Of a stretch of 64,000 nt of DNA, positions 52,922 through 64,000 are shown one piece after another; position 1 is the first letter of the stretch, and each line of letters starts with the position of its first letter. Made by a program: the position numbers and the translations under genes. The stretch is from the human T2T-CHM13v2.0 reference genome, Homo sapiens, in the NCBI RefSeq assembly GCF_009914755.1, contig NC_060936.1; one strand, given 5' to 3'. Below the pieces are notes generated by a model. That model made no database searches. It was not told the origin of the DNA and saw nothing but the letters and a program-made list of their open reading frames with translations.

Positions 52922-53417
52922 AATTACTGGATAGAGTTGTCCAGGTTCTTGGCCTTTTGAACAAAGAATTGAACAAAACACACAAAGTAAAAAAAAGAAC
53001 AAAGCAACAAAAAACAAAGCAACAAAAGACAAAGCAACTGAAGAACTGGGTACCGAAAGCACGGATTTATTGAAGACAATTCACAGAGTGGGAGTGGGTG
53101 GCTCCAGAGCAAGCAAGAGGCTCAAAAGCCTCTTCAATTAGAGTTGTTATTAAGCTAAAAAGAACCCAGCAACACCCTTTGGTGCCTCCCAGAAGCCTAC
53201 AATTGGCTACACCCCATGGTGGACTGGCCTGAGACCAATCAGTAGAGACCTGGCACAGTCAATCAGAGGCTGAAGTGCCTTGCTATCATGGGAGCAAGGA
53301 TGTGGTCTATATGTTGCACCTGAGGCTCTCCTGCCTATACAAAATGGCTGCACCTGCTGTTCTCCTATCCATGCCTCAACCCTTGGTCACCCCAATTCCC
53401 TATATTCTCCTACCTCA
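52922..53417 (-). mobile_element. MER51-family ERV1 solo LTR
   Basis: gtccaggttcttggccttttgaacaaagaattgaacaaaac; caatcagaggctgaagtg; cctatattctcctacctca; internal acaaagcaac repeats. Confidence 0.82.
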
Positions 53418-53654
53418 ATAACATCCCATTGAAGATTTAGGCTTCAACACATGAATTTCAGGGGGATGGAAACATTCAGTCCATAGCATGATCTGAATCA
53501 GTTAGGAATCAATACTGCCTTTCATCCCTGGCAAGAGTAACTGCTATTACTCAAATCTAATAAAGATGTATGGAATTCATAATATATCTCTTAACATTCA
53601 CTCCTAAAGTATATCAAGTATGTCCCATTTTTAAAACCACACTGATTGGCTGAT

Positions 53655-53990
53655 TAGTTCATCCATTCATTCATTTATTCACTGAACAACTATTTATTGA
53701 GTGGTGAAAACCAAAATGGTGGAGTCAAGACCTCGCTTTAAATCAAGGTTCTGCCATACACCAGTTATGTGATCTGCGGCAAGACTCTCTAGCTAAAGGA
53801 ACAGGGTCTTTGGAATCAGGCAGACTTCAGTTTCTAATTAATTGCATGGCCTTGAATAAATTACTTAACTTATCTGAGCTCCAGTTTCTCAATCTGGAGA
53901 AAACACAGGATTATTATGAGGAGATTCACTATAAGCAGAGTACCTAGCACTTGGTTGAACAGAGCGCACACATTAAATTGCACCTATTGT
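53655..53990. mobile_element. L2 tail (minus) plus two MIR fragments (plus)
   Basis: ttcattcatttattcactgaacaactatttattgag; ttacttaacttatctgagctccagtttctc. Confidence 0.6.
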
Positions 53991-55239
53991 TAATATATAA
54001 CTTCTCAGGGAGAAAAGATCTCTTTGTCAAGGTAGATGTGAGGAGATTTTCTGGGAAAGGCAGAAACAAGGTGACCAGAATTCCACGATCCACCCCACAC
54101 CCTGGTTCACAGCGTACTTCTGCTGCAGGGAGCCATTCCATCTTCAAGGCCCAGAGAGGCATTCCTACAACACCCCATGGTTCAGGCTGGAGTGAACAAA
54201 CACTGGGAAGCTGAATTATAAGGAAATCACCCAAAACTTCTCCTGGCCCACCGGGCTTTCCATCTCTTTTCAACTTTAAAGAAAATATCACATATTTATT
54301 CCCTCTAAGCAGGTTCATAGGGTGTTTATAGATCATGCAATCCCACACAAGGTGTAAAGTAGACCCTGCAATCCTCAGAGAACATTCACATGGATTCAAC
54401 TGATTATGATGATGATCACTCATATCACAGATGTCAGAATGATTGGTGCTTCTTACTTGAAGAGAGCCAGGTGTCTGAAAAGCCAGCCACAAATAATTAC
54501 ATATAGAAAGACAGAATTGGAAGTTTTAAGACTTTTTTTCCTGTTACTAGTCTCTGCTTTAGAAAGCATTTAATTGATTAAAAAGAAGGCTTAATTTCTC
54601 TCTCACTTTGGAAATATGTACTGTATTGTTGTGTGTATGTATATTAGACATCAATATCTTCTTCTTAGTATTCAATATTTTCTGGGTGCTCTATAATGGA
54701 TGCTTTTCATTCCATTGTTTTTTTCTGGACCTCAAGTATAGAGGGTTTATGACTTTCTTCTCTAATTAATTGTCCATTGTCTCCTTTTCCAACACCCATT
54801 TGCTGTCCTCCACCCACAGGCTCCCATTCTAATACGATGAATATAAATTATTTTATTTAGATGTAGTCTTATAAAACATAGCCATGTATTTTTAATGTAA
54901 GTTAATGGAACTTCCTTCACTTATTTATATTATCTTCTATGATGCATGATAGAGTTACTTTTACATGATATAAATTACATGATAGAGCTTTCTGTAGTCC
55001 TTATTAGGTTACTTTTAGATAGTTTGTATTCTTACATTTTATATCTAGGAACATAGTTTTTGGTTGCTATTGTGGTGAGAATCCCATTTTTAATTATATT
55101 TTCAATTTGTTATTACTGGCCATCTTAATTAGCTACTACCACAATAATACTAAGCAGTAAAAAAATCTCAAGCTCAGAGTCTCAATATAATAAACATTTT
55201 GGTTTTATTTTTGGTTATGCTTCAACTTATATATCACTC

Positions 55240-55690
55240 ATTTTATTACTTAGCTATTGCCACAGTAATGCAGTATAACAAACCAGTCTAAAACTGAGTG
55301 TCTTACAAAACTAAGCATGTCTATTTTTTCTCAAGGGTCTACAGGAGGGTTAGGGCTCTGCAGTACATGGCTAAAATCACCTGGGCTTAACTCTAAGCTA
55401 CAATTATATGCAGGTTTGCTCTATACATCTCTTCATTCTCCTTGGAACACTGGCTACCCAAGGAATATTCTTTTGATAACTAGCAGGAATGCAAGAGGAC
55501 AAAACCAAACCATTCAAGTAGGTTTAAAGCTTCTGTTCTCATTCAGTCCACTAACAGGCCATTGGTCAAAGCAAGTCAGATGGCCAAGGTCAGTATCACT
55601 TTGGAAGGAAGTATACTCTGCCTAAAGTAGACCCTGGAGGATAGCACTGCCAAGCTTTATAATAGAGGGTGTGCATGTATAATCCTGTTT
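55240..55690 (-). mobile_element. MLT1I/J-like LTR, with a second partial end at ~55120-55200
   Basis: ttagctattgccacagtaatgcagtataacaaacc...ccattggtcaaagcaagtcagatggccaag. Confidence 0.7.
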
Positions 55691-55898
55691 TATAATCTCT
55701 ACTGAGATAGATAAATTCTATTGATTTGTATAAGTTCAGTTGTGTTTTGTTTTTAATTGTTGCTGAACTCTCTTACCACTTCAATAATTGTTGAAACTTT
55801 TGGGGTTTTAAGGCAGATAATTATGTATTTTGTATATAATGAAAGTTTAATGTCCCCCTTTTTGATGCTTATATCTATTATTTTGTACTTATTTTCTT

Positions 55899-56482
55899 TT
55901 TTTATTATTATACTTTAAGTTCTAGGGTACATGTGCACAACGTGCAAGTTTGTTACATATGTATACATGTGCCATGTTGGTGTGTTGCACCCATTAACTC
56001 GTCATTTACATTAGGTATATCTCCTAATGCTATCCCTCCCCCCTCCCCCTACCCCATGACAGGCCCCAGTGTGTGATGTTCCCCTTCCTGTGTCCAAGGG
56101 TTCTCATTGTTCAATTCCCACCTATGAGTGAGAACATGCGGTGTTTAGTTTTTTGTCCTTGTGATAGTTTGCTCAAAATGATGGTTTCCAGCTTCATCCA
56201 TGTCCCTCCAAAGACATGAACTCATCCTTTTTTATGGCTGCATAGTATTCCATGGTGTATATGTGCCACATTTTCTTAATCCAGTCTATCATTGATGGAC
56301 ATTTGGGTTGGTTCCAAGTCTTTGCTATTGTGAATAGTGCCACAATAAACATGTGTCTTTATAGCAGCATGATTTATAATCCGTTGGGTATATACCCAGT
56401 AATGGGATGGCTGGGTCAAATGGTATTTCTAGTTCTAGATCCTTGAGGAATCGCCACACTGTCTTCCACAATGGTTGAACTA
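55899..56482 (-). mobile_element. 5'-truncated L1PA (PA4-like) 3' end
   Basis: ttattatactttaagttctagggtacatgtgcacaacgtgca; TSD core tacttattttctt at 55886-55898 and 56488-56500, the second followed by AA. Confidence 0.95.
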
Positions 56483-58156
56483 TTTCTTACTTATTTTCTT
56501 AACAGCATTGCCCAAGACCTACTTTGCTGAAGAATAGTGGTGATAGTGGGAAACTTTGTCTTGTCTCACATCTTGAAGGGAATAAGTATGATGCTTCATC
56601 ATTAAGTACAATGTCTACTGTAGGTTCTTTGTATCTTATCAAATTAAGGAAGTCCTTTTTTATTCTTGGTGTTTGAAAAGTTGTAATGATAACTAAATCT
56701 TATCAATATTTTCAATGCATTAATTGAGATATGCAATTTTTTCTTAGTTGATAATGTGTTGAGTAAGGTTAATAGAATTTATGTTGCTATTTAATTCATA
56801 CTTGCTTTATTAATTTTTAAATACTGAAAGATTCAGTCAGTATAATTTAAAGGATTTTTTCATCTGTGTTCATTAGTAAAATTAACCTGTATTTTTTGTT
56901 ATTTTTATTGTTTTATCTCATTGTGTAAGTTTATAATCGTTTGATAAAATGAGCTAGATAGCTTTTACTCTTGCTTTTTTTCTGAAAAAACTTTTACAAA
57001 ATAGAACTACATCTTCCTTACAAGTTTGAACAAAATTACCTGCAAAATCATCTGGGACAGAATCTTTTTTGGGAGTTGAGATTTTTTATTGCTGTTTCAA
57101 TGTCTTTACGTCTTTACTGTCTTTGCTCTTTTCACATTTGCTCTTTGCTTTTTCCTCCTCCCCCTTCTTGCCTTTCTGTTTCTCCTTCATTTGCTACAAA
57201 CTCACATCAGCTTTACTTAGATTGTAAAGACCAATTATTCTTTTATTCTAAATGGCTAATAAAACTTCCTAGAAAAATATTATGGCTAAGGCATGACTTT
57301 GCTGATTTTAATGAGCATATAGTTCTTCATAATACTCTTACCATTTTTAATTTCTATCATGGCTAGTTGTTTCTCCATTTTCACTCTGTATTTTGTTAAT
57401 TTATCTTTTTTAAAATCGGTTTTACCAGAGGTCTACCTTATTAAACTTTGCAAAGAACTAGCATTCAGTTCAATTAAGCTTCTCTATTTTTATTTTTCTC
57501 CTCATTTTATTTATTTTGGCCCATATTTTTATTATTTCTTTATGTTTGTACTGCTACTTTATAACTTCTTGTGCTGAATGATTTGCTTATTTATTTTCAA
57601 CTTTTATTTCCTAATAAATATGCTTAAATGAAATAATATATTTAAATGTAGACAAAGCTTTAATTTGAAGCCAGCAAACTTAGAAATGATTATGGGTATT
57701 TTCATTTAATTTTACACATTTTGTCCTTTTCCTTATATTTTCCTTTCTAAATTCAGGAGTTATTAGTATTGTTAAATAATTTTATATATTATGTGGTTTT
57801 ATCTATTCTTCATTCATTTCTTTGAGATGTAAGCTTGTTAAGTAGGGAAATGAGGGCATAAGAGCATACAGGGCAGTTAAAGGTGGTAGAAAAATGGATT
57901 GCAGTTCCCTGTAAGGTGATGAATTATTGGAATTTGGAAATTAGATTGAGCTAGAAAGAGTGAAGCCAGTGGTCTGGAAATAGGATACTTGTAATCAAGA
58001 TTATGGAGTGGTTGCAGTTATCAGTAATAAAAAGATTTACGGAATTCTCAGCAGTCCCTTCTCATTTGAGGAGAAGAGATCATGGTTCTGGAAGGCCAGT
58101 TATCATAAACATCATCCACGTGCATATTGAAATCACCTAAGACTTATGACAGGTAT

Positions 58157-58501
58157 TGATATGGTTTGGCTGTGTCCCCACCCAAATCTCATCTTGAATT
58201 CCCACATGTTATGGGAGGGACCCAGTGGAAGGTAATTGAATTATGGGGGCAGGTCTTTCCTGTGCTGTTCTCCTGATAGTGAATAAGTTTCATTAAATCT
58301 GATGGTTTCATAAGGGGGAGTTGCCCTGCACAAGCTCTCTCTTCTCTTGTCTGCCACCATGTGAGACGTGCCTTTCATCTTCCACCACGATTGTGAGGCC
58401 TCCAGAGCCATGTGGAACTGTAAGTCCATTAAATCTCTTTCTTTTGTAAATTGCCCAGTCTCAGGTTTGTCTTTATCAGCAGCATGAAAATAGATAATAC
58501 A
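58157..58501 (+). mobile_element. THE1A/B solo LTR
   Basis: tgatatggtttggctgtgtccccacccaaatctcatcttgaattccc...taataca. Confidence 0.93.
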
Positions 58502-58982
58502 AGCATGGTGCTGAAGAGAATGACAGGAGCCAGGAGCTAGATGTTCAGGGAATGACAGGGTTAGTAGACAACTGCAGTAAGAAGAAATAAAGGTTTGGCC
58601 TGAGAATCAAAACTGGAAATATCTGGGGAAGAGGACAGAGACTGAACAAGAAGCAACAAAGAAATGCTAGGAAGGCATCTGCCATATCTCCGAATTCAGG
58701 AATAAGAGGGGCATGAGAGAGAAAAGAATCACCACTGAAAGAGACTATGGGAAAGTCGTGTCCTCCAGGGAAATCCAGGTTTTATTTAGAGCCTGAAGGT
58801 AAGGGAAAAGTAGAGCAAAAAGGTCAATGATCAGAGGGATTTGCTGATGACTGATAGGGACATCTGGAGGGCCCAGTGGAAGGGTTCAGGACTTAGGAAA
58901 GGGTGGAGATTGGTCAAAGAAGGGGGTATAAGAAATGTAAGGTATGGGAAATCAGAAAGGACCTAAGAGTCCTAGACTTCTT

Positions 58983-59268
58983 CTTTTTTTGAGATGCTCT
59001 TTTGCCCAGGCTGGAGTGAAGTGGCGTGATCTTGGTTCACTGCAACCTCCAACCCCCAGGTTCAAGCTATTCTCCTGCCTCAGCCTCCCAAGTAGCTGGG
59101 ATTACAGGCACCCACCACCACACAGGCTAATTTTTGTACTTTTAGTAGTGAGACGGGGTTTCACTATGTTGGCCAGGCTGATCTCGAACTCCTGACCTCA
59201 GGTGATCTACCCACCTTTGCCTCCTCCCAAAGTGCTAGGATTACAGGAGTGAGCCACCAAGCCCGACC
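58983..59268 (-). mobile_element. AluS
   Basis: Dimer with small deletions; TSD tagacttctt at 58973-58982 and 59269-59278. Confidence 0.95.
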
Positions 59269-59764
59269 TAGACTTCTTTTAGTGACCAATGTAAGCAAGA
59301 TAAAGAACAGATGAGATAAGTCCCCATGTTCTTAAGGTAGACAGAGGTGATAGGAATAGTACGGGAAGCCTTGGAAAAGGGAAGGGGGCCTTACAAAGGC
59401 AGGAAAGTCCATAAAAAGATTCCATTTTTGTTCCATTTGCTTCAATAGTTCTGTTTCAGGGGTCATGTGCTGTTTAGCTGTTGTTGTCTAAATAACAGTT
59501 GTTCCCATCAGAGAAGGGCTAAAGCTCATGTCTTTCCTGGTGAATTTAGGAAAGATGCCCCAGGCAATGAGCTCCCAGGCACATCACAATTCCATTTGTG
59601 GTCTCACTCCAAGCAGGAATTTTTAAAATCCTGGATTCAGCTTTATACCATTAAATAGCAGTAGCTGCAGCATTGGGAAGACCCTCTCTTTAGGCTGTAA
59701 TCCGCCCGCTCTGGGGGACTAGGGAGGAAGAAGTAGAGGAATGGCTTCCGGGCTTCCTCTGGTC

Positions 59765-60125
59765 AAAGGGCCTTGCTCTCATTATTACCCTTGTCTGGAA
59801 TGTTCTCTCTTCCTCCATCTTTCTCCTCTTTCTTAACTCCAGCCCAAGGGTCACTTTATGAGGGAAACTCTCCCACATTTCCCAGTCTCGGCCTCCTTGG
59901 TTTATGATCTCCAGCAACCTGTTCCTTTCCTTCAGAGCATTTATCTCAATTTGTAATTACATACTCATTATTATGATTATTTTATTTATGACTGCGTTCC
60001 CACAAGCCTGTAAACTTCATGAGAGCAGAAATGGTGTCTTTTGATATTTGTCACAGTATCTCCAGTATTCTGTGCAGTGCCTTACTTGTAATACTCATTT
60101 AATTAATAAATAAATGAAAGAATTA
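59765..60125 (+). mobile_element. L2a-like 3' end
   Basis: tgtctggaatgttct...ctgtaaacttcatgagagcag...gtatctccagt...taaatgaaagaat. Confidence 0.75.
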
Positions 60126-61353
60126 TTTAAAGGAATAGCCGGTGATGCTAAGGACAATTTCCACTAGAGACATTTTTTATAAAAGTAGGAGAGCAGATTC
60201 AAGAATAGCTTATTAGAATTACCACTGTCTATGTCAGGTAGCATTCTAGGACAAAGTACCTCATACATTTTTTTTCAATTGCTATTTATAGTTTTTACTT
60301 CTCTGAAATTTCTAACCTGATACTTGAGGGGTGGGAAAGGGCAAACCAATAAAAACTTAAAAGCTGTCCTATATATATTTCTTTTTCTTTTTTCAAACTT
60401 TCATGTAGAAAAATTACAGGTTTTGACTCACCAAAAATATTTTGGAAACTGCTGAATTAACTTTATTGCTTTGATTGATTGCAGATGGTGACATAGACAA
60501 AAGTAAGGCATAGTATTTCAAGGTCAAGTACTACTGCGTTTCAATTAAATGGTGGATGAAGAGAGAGGAACATCCTTTTTGAATTCTCTAAAGTATCAAG
60601 TCTCATCTACTTTGAACAGTTTTCTCTATGAGACTGCCTTGCTGAGAAAATGGTTGCAAAAACCAAGGTGAATGGTTGATGATGAGATAGTAATAAAAAC
60701 ATGAAATACATTGACTGGTTTTTAGTGTTTAACGACTGATTTTATTAATCTGATTCCTCAACCGTGTCAGTGGTATCCTTTGCTTTCTTTGATTTTACCT
60801 ACACATCCCTACCCCCATTTCCTTCTGCTCTTCTAATCTGACATTCTGGAACGTCATCTTTATTAGCTTGTTGATAATGTTGTACTGCTAACTAAATGGC
60901 ACTTTTACTCATTTCTGTCAGGGTCCAATCAGCATGGTTAGGGTGATATTTAGGGATCATAATGATATGTTAGCAGTGAATAATTTTAACATATTAACTG
61001 TTTATTCCTCTGGTTGTCAGGCCCTGAAAAAACAGATGACAGTACCCTTGGTTGATTTTACATTTCTTTTGGCTGAGATCACTAGTATATTGAAGTGTTA
61101 AAATGTCACTTCTCACATTTTTCTTTGCAATTAAAGTTGGTTCATCTCACATTTGTAATTTTTTATTTGTAAAGAAAGTAATTGGAAAGTAAGCCCTCTT
61201 GTTCATTCAGTTTCCCCATTAGGGAACTTTCATATTAATGTTATAAATATTCTTAATTATTGTAGTAGCACCTTCAGCAAAATCAATTGCCATATCAAGT
61301 TGATAATATCATACAATATACATATTTACATAAATCCTCGAAGCTATTATTCT

Positions 61354-63660
61354 ATTTTTTTTCCATAAGTTATTGGGGTACAGGTGGTATTTGGTTACAT
61401 GAATAAGTTCTTTAGTGGAGATTTGTGAGATCCTGGTGCACCCATCACCCAAGCAGTATACACTGCACCATATTTGTAGTCTTTTAATCCTCACCTCCAC
61501 TTCCACTCTTCCCCCCAAGTCCCCAAAGTCCATTGTATCATTCTTATGCCTTTGTGTCCTCATAGCTTAGTTCCCACATATCAGTGAGAACATAAGATAT
61601 TTGGTTTTCCATTCCTGAGTTATTTCACTTAGAATAATAGTCTCCAATCTCATCCAGGTCATTAGAAATGCTGTTAATTCATTCCTTTTCATAGCTGAGT
61701 AGTATTCCATCATGTACATATACCACAGTTTTTTTATCCATTCGTTGATTGATGAGCATTTGGGTTGGTTCTATGATTTTGCAATTGTGAATTGTGCTGC
61801 TATAAACATGCATGTGCAAGTATCTTTTTCGAATAATGACTTCTTTTCCTACAGATAAATACCCAGGAGTGGGAATGCTGGATCAAATGGTAGTTCTACT
61901 TTTAGTTCTTTAAGGAATCTCCACCTGTTTTCCATAGTGGCTGTACTAGTTTACATTCCCACCAGCATTGTAGAAGTGTTCCCTGATCACTGTATCCACA
62001 CCAACATCTACTGTTTTTTGATTTTTTGATCATGGCCATTCTTGCAGGAGTAAGGTGGTATCGCACTGTGGTTTTGATTGGCATTTCCCTGATCATTTGT
62101 GATGTTGAGCATTTTTTCATATGTTTGTTGGCCATTTATATATATTCTTTTGAGAATTGTCTATTCATGTCCTTAGCCCACTTTTTCATGGGATTGTTTT
62201 TTTTTTCTTACTGATTTGTTTGAGTCCGTTGTAGATTCTGGATATTAGTCCTTTATCAGATGCATAGTTTGTGAAGATTTTCTCCCACTTTGTGGGCTGT
62301 CTGTTTACTCTGCTGACTGCTCCTTTTGCCATGCAAAAGCTCTTTAGTTTAATTAGGTCCCAGCTATTTATCTTTGTTTTTATTGCATTTGCTTTTGTGG
62401 TTTTGTCATAAAATCCTTGCCTAAGCCAATGTCTAGAAGGGTTTTTCCAACGTTATCTTCTAGAATTTTTATAGTTTCAGGTCTTAGGTTTAAGTCCTTA
62501 ATCCACCTTGAGTTGATTTTTGTACAAGGTGAGAGATGAGGAGCCAGTTTCATTCTCCTATATGTGGCTAGCCAATTATCCCAGCACCATTTGTTGAAAA
62601 GAGTGTCTTTTCCCCACTTTGTGTTTTTGTTTGCTTTGTCAAGGAGCCGTTGGCTGTAAGTATTTGGGTTTATTTCTGGGTTCTCTATTCTGTTCCGTTG
62701 GTCTATGTGCCTATTTTTGTTCCAGTACCATGCTGTTTCGGTGACTGTGGCCTTATAGTGAAGTTTGAGATCAGGTAGTGTGATGCCTCCAGATTTGTTC
62801 TTTTTGCTTAGTCTTGCTTTGGCTATGTGGGCTTTTTTTTAGTTCCATATGAATTTTAGAATTGCTTTTTCTAACTCTGTGAAGAATGATGGTGGTATTT
62901 TGATGGGGATTGCATTGAATTTGTAGATTGCTTTTGGCAGTATGGTCATTTTCACAATATTGATTGTACCCATCCATGAGCATGGGATGTGTTTCCATTT
63001 GTTTGTGTCATCTATGATTTCTTTCAGCAATATTTTGTAGTTTTCCTTGTAGATGTCTTCCAACTTGTTTGTTAGGTATATTCCTAAGTATTTTTTTTTT
63101 TTTTTTGCAGCTATTGTAAAAGGGATTGAGTTCTTGATTTGATTCTCTGCTTGGTCACTGTTGGTGTATAGTAGACCTACTGATTTGCGTATATTAATCT
63201 TGTATCTGGAAACTTTGCTGAATTGTTTTATCAATTCTAGGAGCTTTCTGGAGGAGTCCTTAGGGTTTTCAATGGTCATATCATCCATAAACAAGGACAG
63301 TTTGACTTCCTCTTTACTGATTTGGATGCCCTTTATTTTCTTTTCTTGTCTGATTTCTCTGGCTAGGACTTCCAGTAGTATGTTGAAGAGGAGTGGTGAC
63401 AGTGGGCATCCTTGTCTTGTTCCCGTTCTGAGAGAGAAATTTTTCAACTTTTCCCCATTCGGTATTATGTTGGCTCTAGGTTTGTCATAGAAGGCTTTTA
63501 TTACATTAAGCTATGTCCTTTGTATGCCGATTTTGCTGAGGATTTTAATCATAAAGGGATGCTGGGTTTTATCAAATATTTTTTTCTGCATCTATTGAGA
63601 TGATCATGTGATTTTTTTTCTGTTTATGTGGTGTATCACATTTATTAACTTGTGTATTTT
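61354..63660 (-). mobile_element. 5'-truncated L1PB (PB1-like), ~2.3 kb
   Basis: ccataagttattggggtacaggtggtatttggttacatga 3' end; ORF2 C-terminal and RT translations. Confidence 0.93.
62839..63447 (-). pseudogene. L1 ORF2p reverse-transcriptase remnant
   Basis: [15 protein letters not shown]...LSLFMDDM (FADD motif altered)...KYLGI...WKHIPCSW. Confidence 0.92.
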
Positions 63661-63732
63661 AAATGAATGTTCTAATAGTTTCAAATCATTTGAAATGAAT
63701 GTTCTAGATAGTTTCAAATCCTTTCAAATCAT
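63661..63732. repeat. 32-bp-period tandem duplication at the L1PB 5' junction
   Basis: aaatgaatgttcta(g)atagtttcaaatc(a/c)ttt at 63661-63691 and 63693-63724. Confidence 0.85.
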
Positions 63733-64000
63733 CCTATGACCTTTGAAAAGAAGTTAATCCATTTATTGACATTTTTCAAGTCAGCAGTATATATATACAT
63801 ATACATGTTATACATATGTGTATGCGTAAATACACATATATATTAGACCTGCAGTATACATATGATAAAAAAGTTATTAAAGTCTTTGGAGATGGATGAT
63901 GCAATACAGGCAAAGAATAAAATACAAATTTAAAAGTACAAAGTACAACTGAAAACATATATCAAAAAGCAAATACATGAGGGAAATATTCACTTCAAAT

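Larger units (their letters stand above)
50272..53488 (-). mobile_element. MLT1A/MLT1A0 LTR broken into three pieces by THE1 and MER51
   Basis: Pieces at 50272-50294, 52640-52921 and 53418-53488 (aacattcagtccatagca end) are collinear. Confidence 0.85.
54800..57800 (-). mobile_element. Old L1M(E) ORF2 fragments, interrupted by MLT1 and L1PA
   Basis: gaatagtggtgatagtgggaaactttgtcttgtctc (reverse of the RQGCPLS region); ttgctattgtgg; T-rich composition. Confidence 0.65.
57850..59420 (-). mobile_element. L2 ORF (endonuclease-region) remnant, interrupted by THE1 and Alu
   Basis: Minus strand near 58110-58150 translates LGDFNMHVDD, an APE endonuclease GDFN motif. Confidence 0.65.

Noticed and set aside
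53944-54492. 182-aa minus-strand ORF
   Set aside because: Non-ATG start, C-terminus runs into a MIR, no recognisable domain; expected by chance
56034-56055. C-rich tract (G4 on minus)
   Set aside because: Standard L1PA 3' UTR feature
61309-63603. ORFs with reverse-transcriptase motifs as a possible novel RT system
   Set aside because: Ordinary 5'-truncated, frameshifted L1PB ORF2 with an altered FADD motif

Overview
Primate (human-like; AluY, THE1 and L1PA present) AT-rich non-coding DNA, intergenic or deep intronic. I recognise no host protein-coding gene, RNA gene, CpG island or CRISPR array. Every ORF in the supplied track that resembles a known protein is transposon-derived (L1 ORF2 at 8298-8612 and 62839-63447, Alu, THE1-int). 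Much of the window is interspersed repeat. Main elements: a decayed, near full-length old L1 (~3360-11148) carrying nested Alus, an MLT1A and a MER31-like LTR that itself contains a THE1; a full-length THE1 provirus and a MER51 LTR inside one MLT1A (50272-53488); ten Alus; MST/MLT/MER34 LTRs; L2, MIR and DNA-transposon relics; L1PA and L1PB fragments. I cannot claim a new biological system. The best leads are DNA-repair and retrotransposition scars read directly from the sequence (an inverted templated insertion with fold-back filler, a perfect 64-bp duplication in an ancient LTR, a tail-only TPRT insertion, a twin-primed L1), several repeat-free enhancer-like blocks, and candidate non-coding exons, one holding a Kozak-context 30-aa hydrophobic smORF. 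Subfamily names come from recalled consensus sequences and boundaries of old repeats are approximate; both need RepeatMasker/Dfam.
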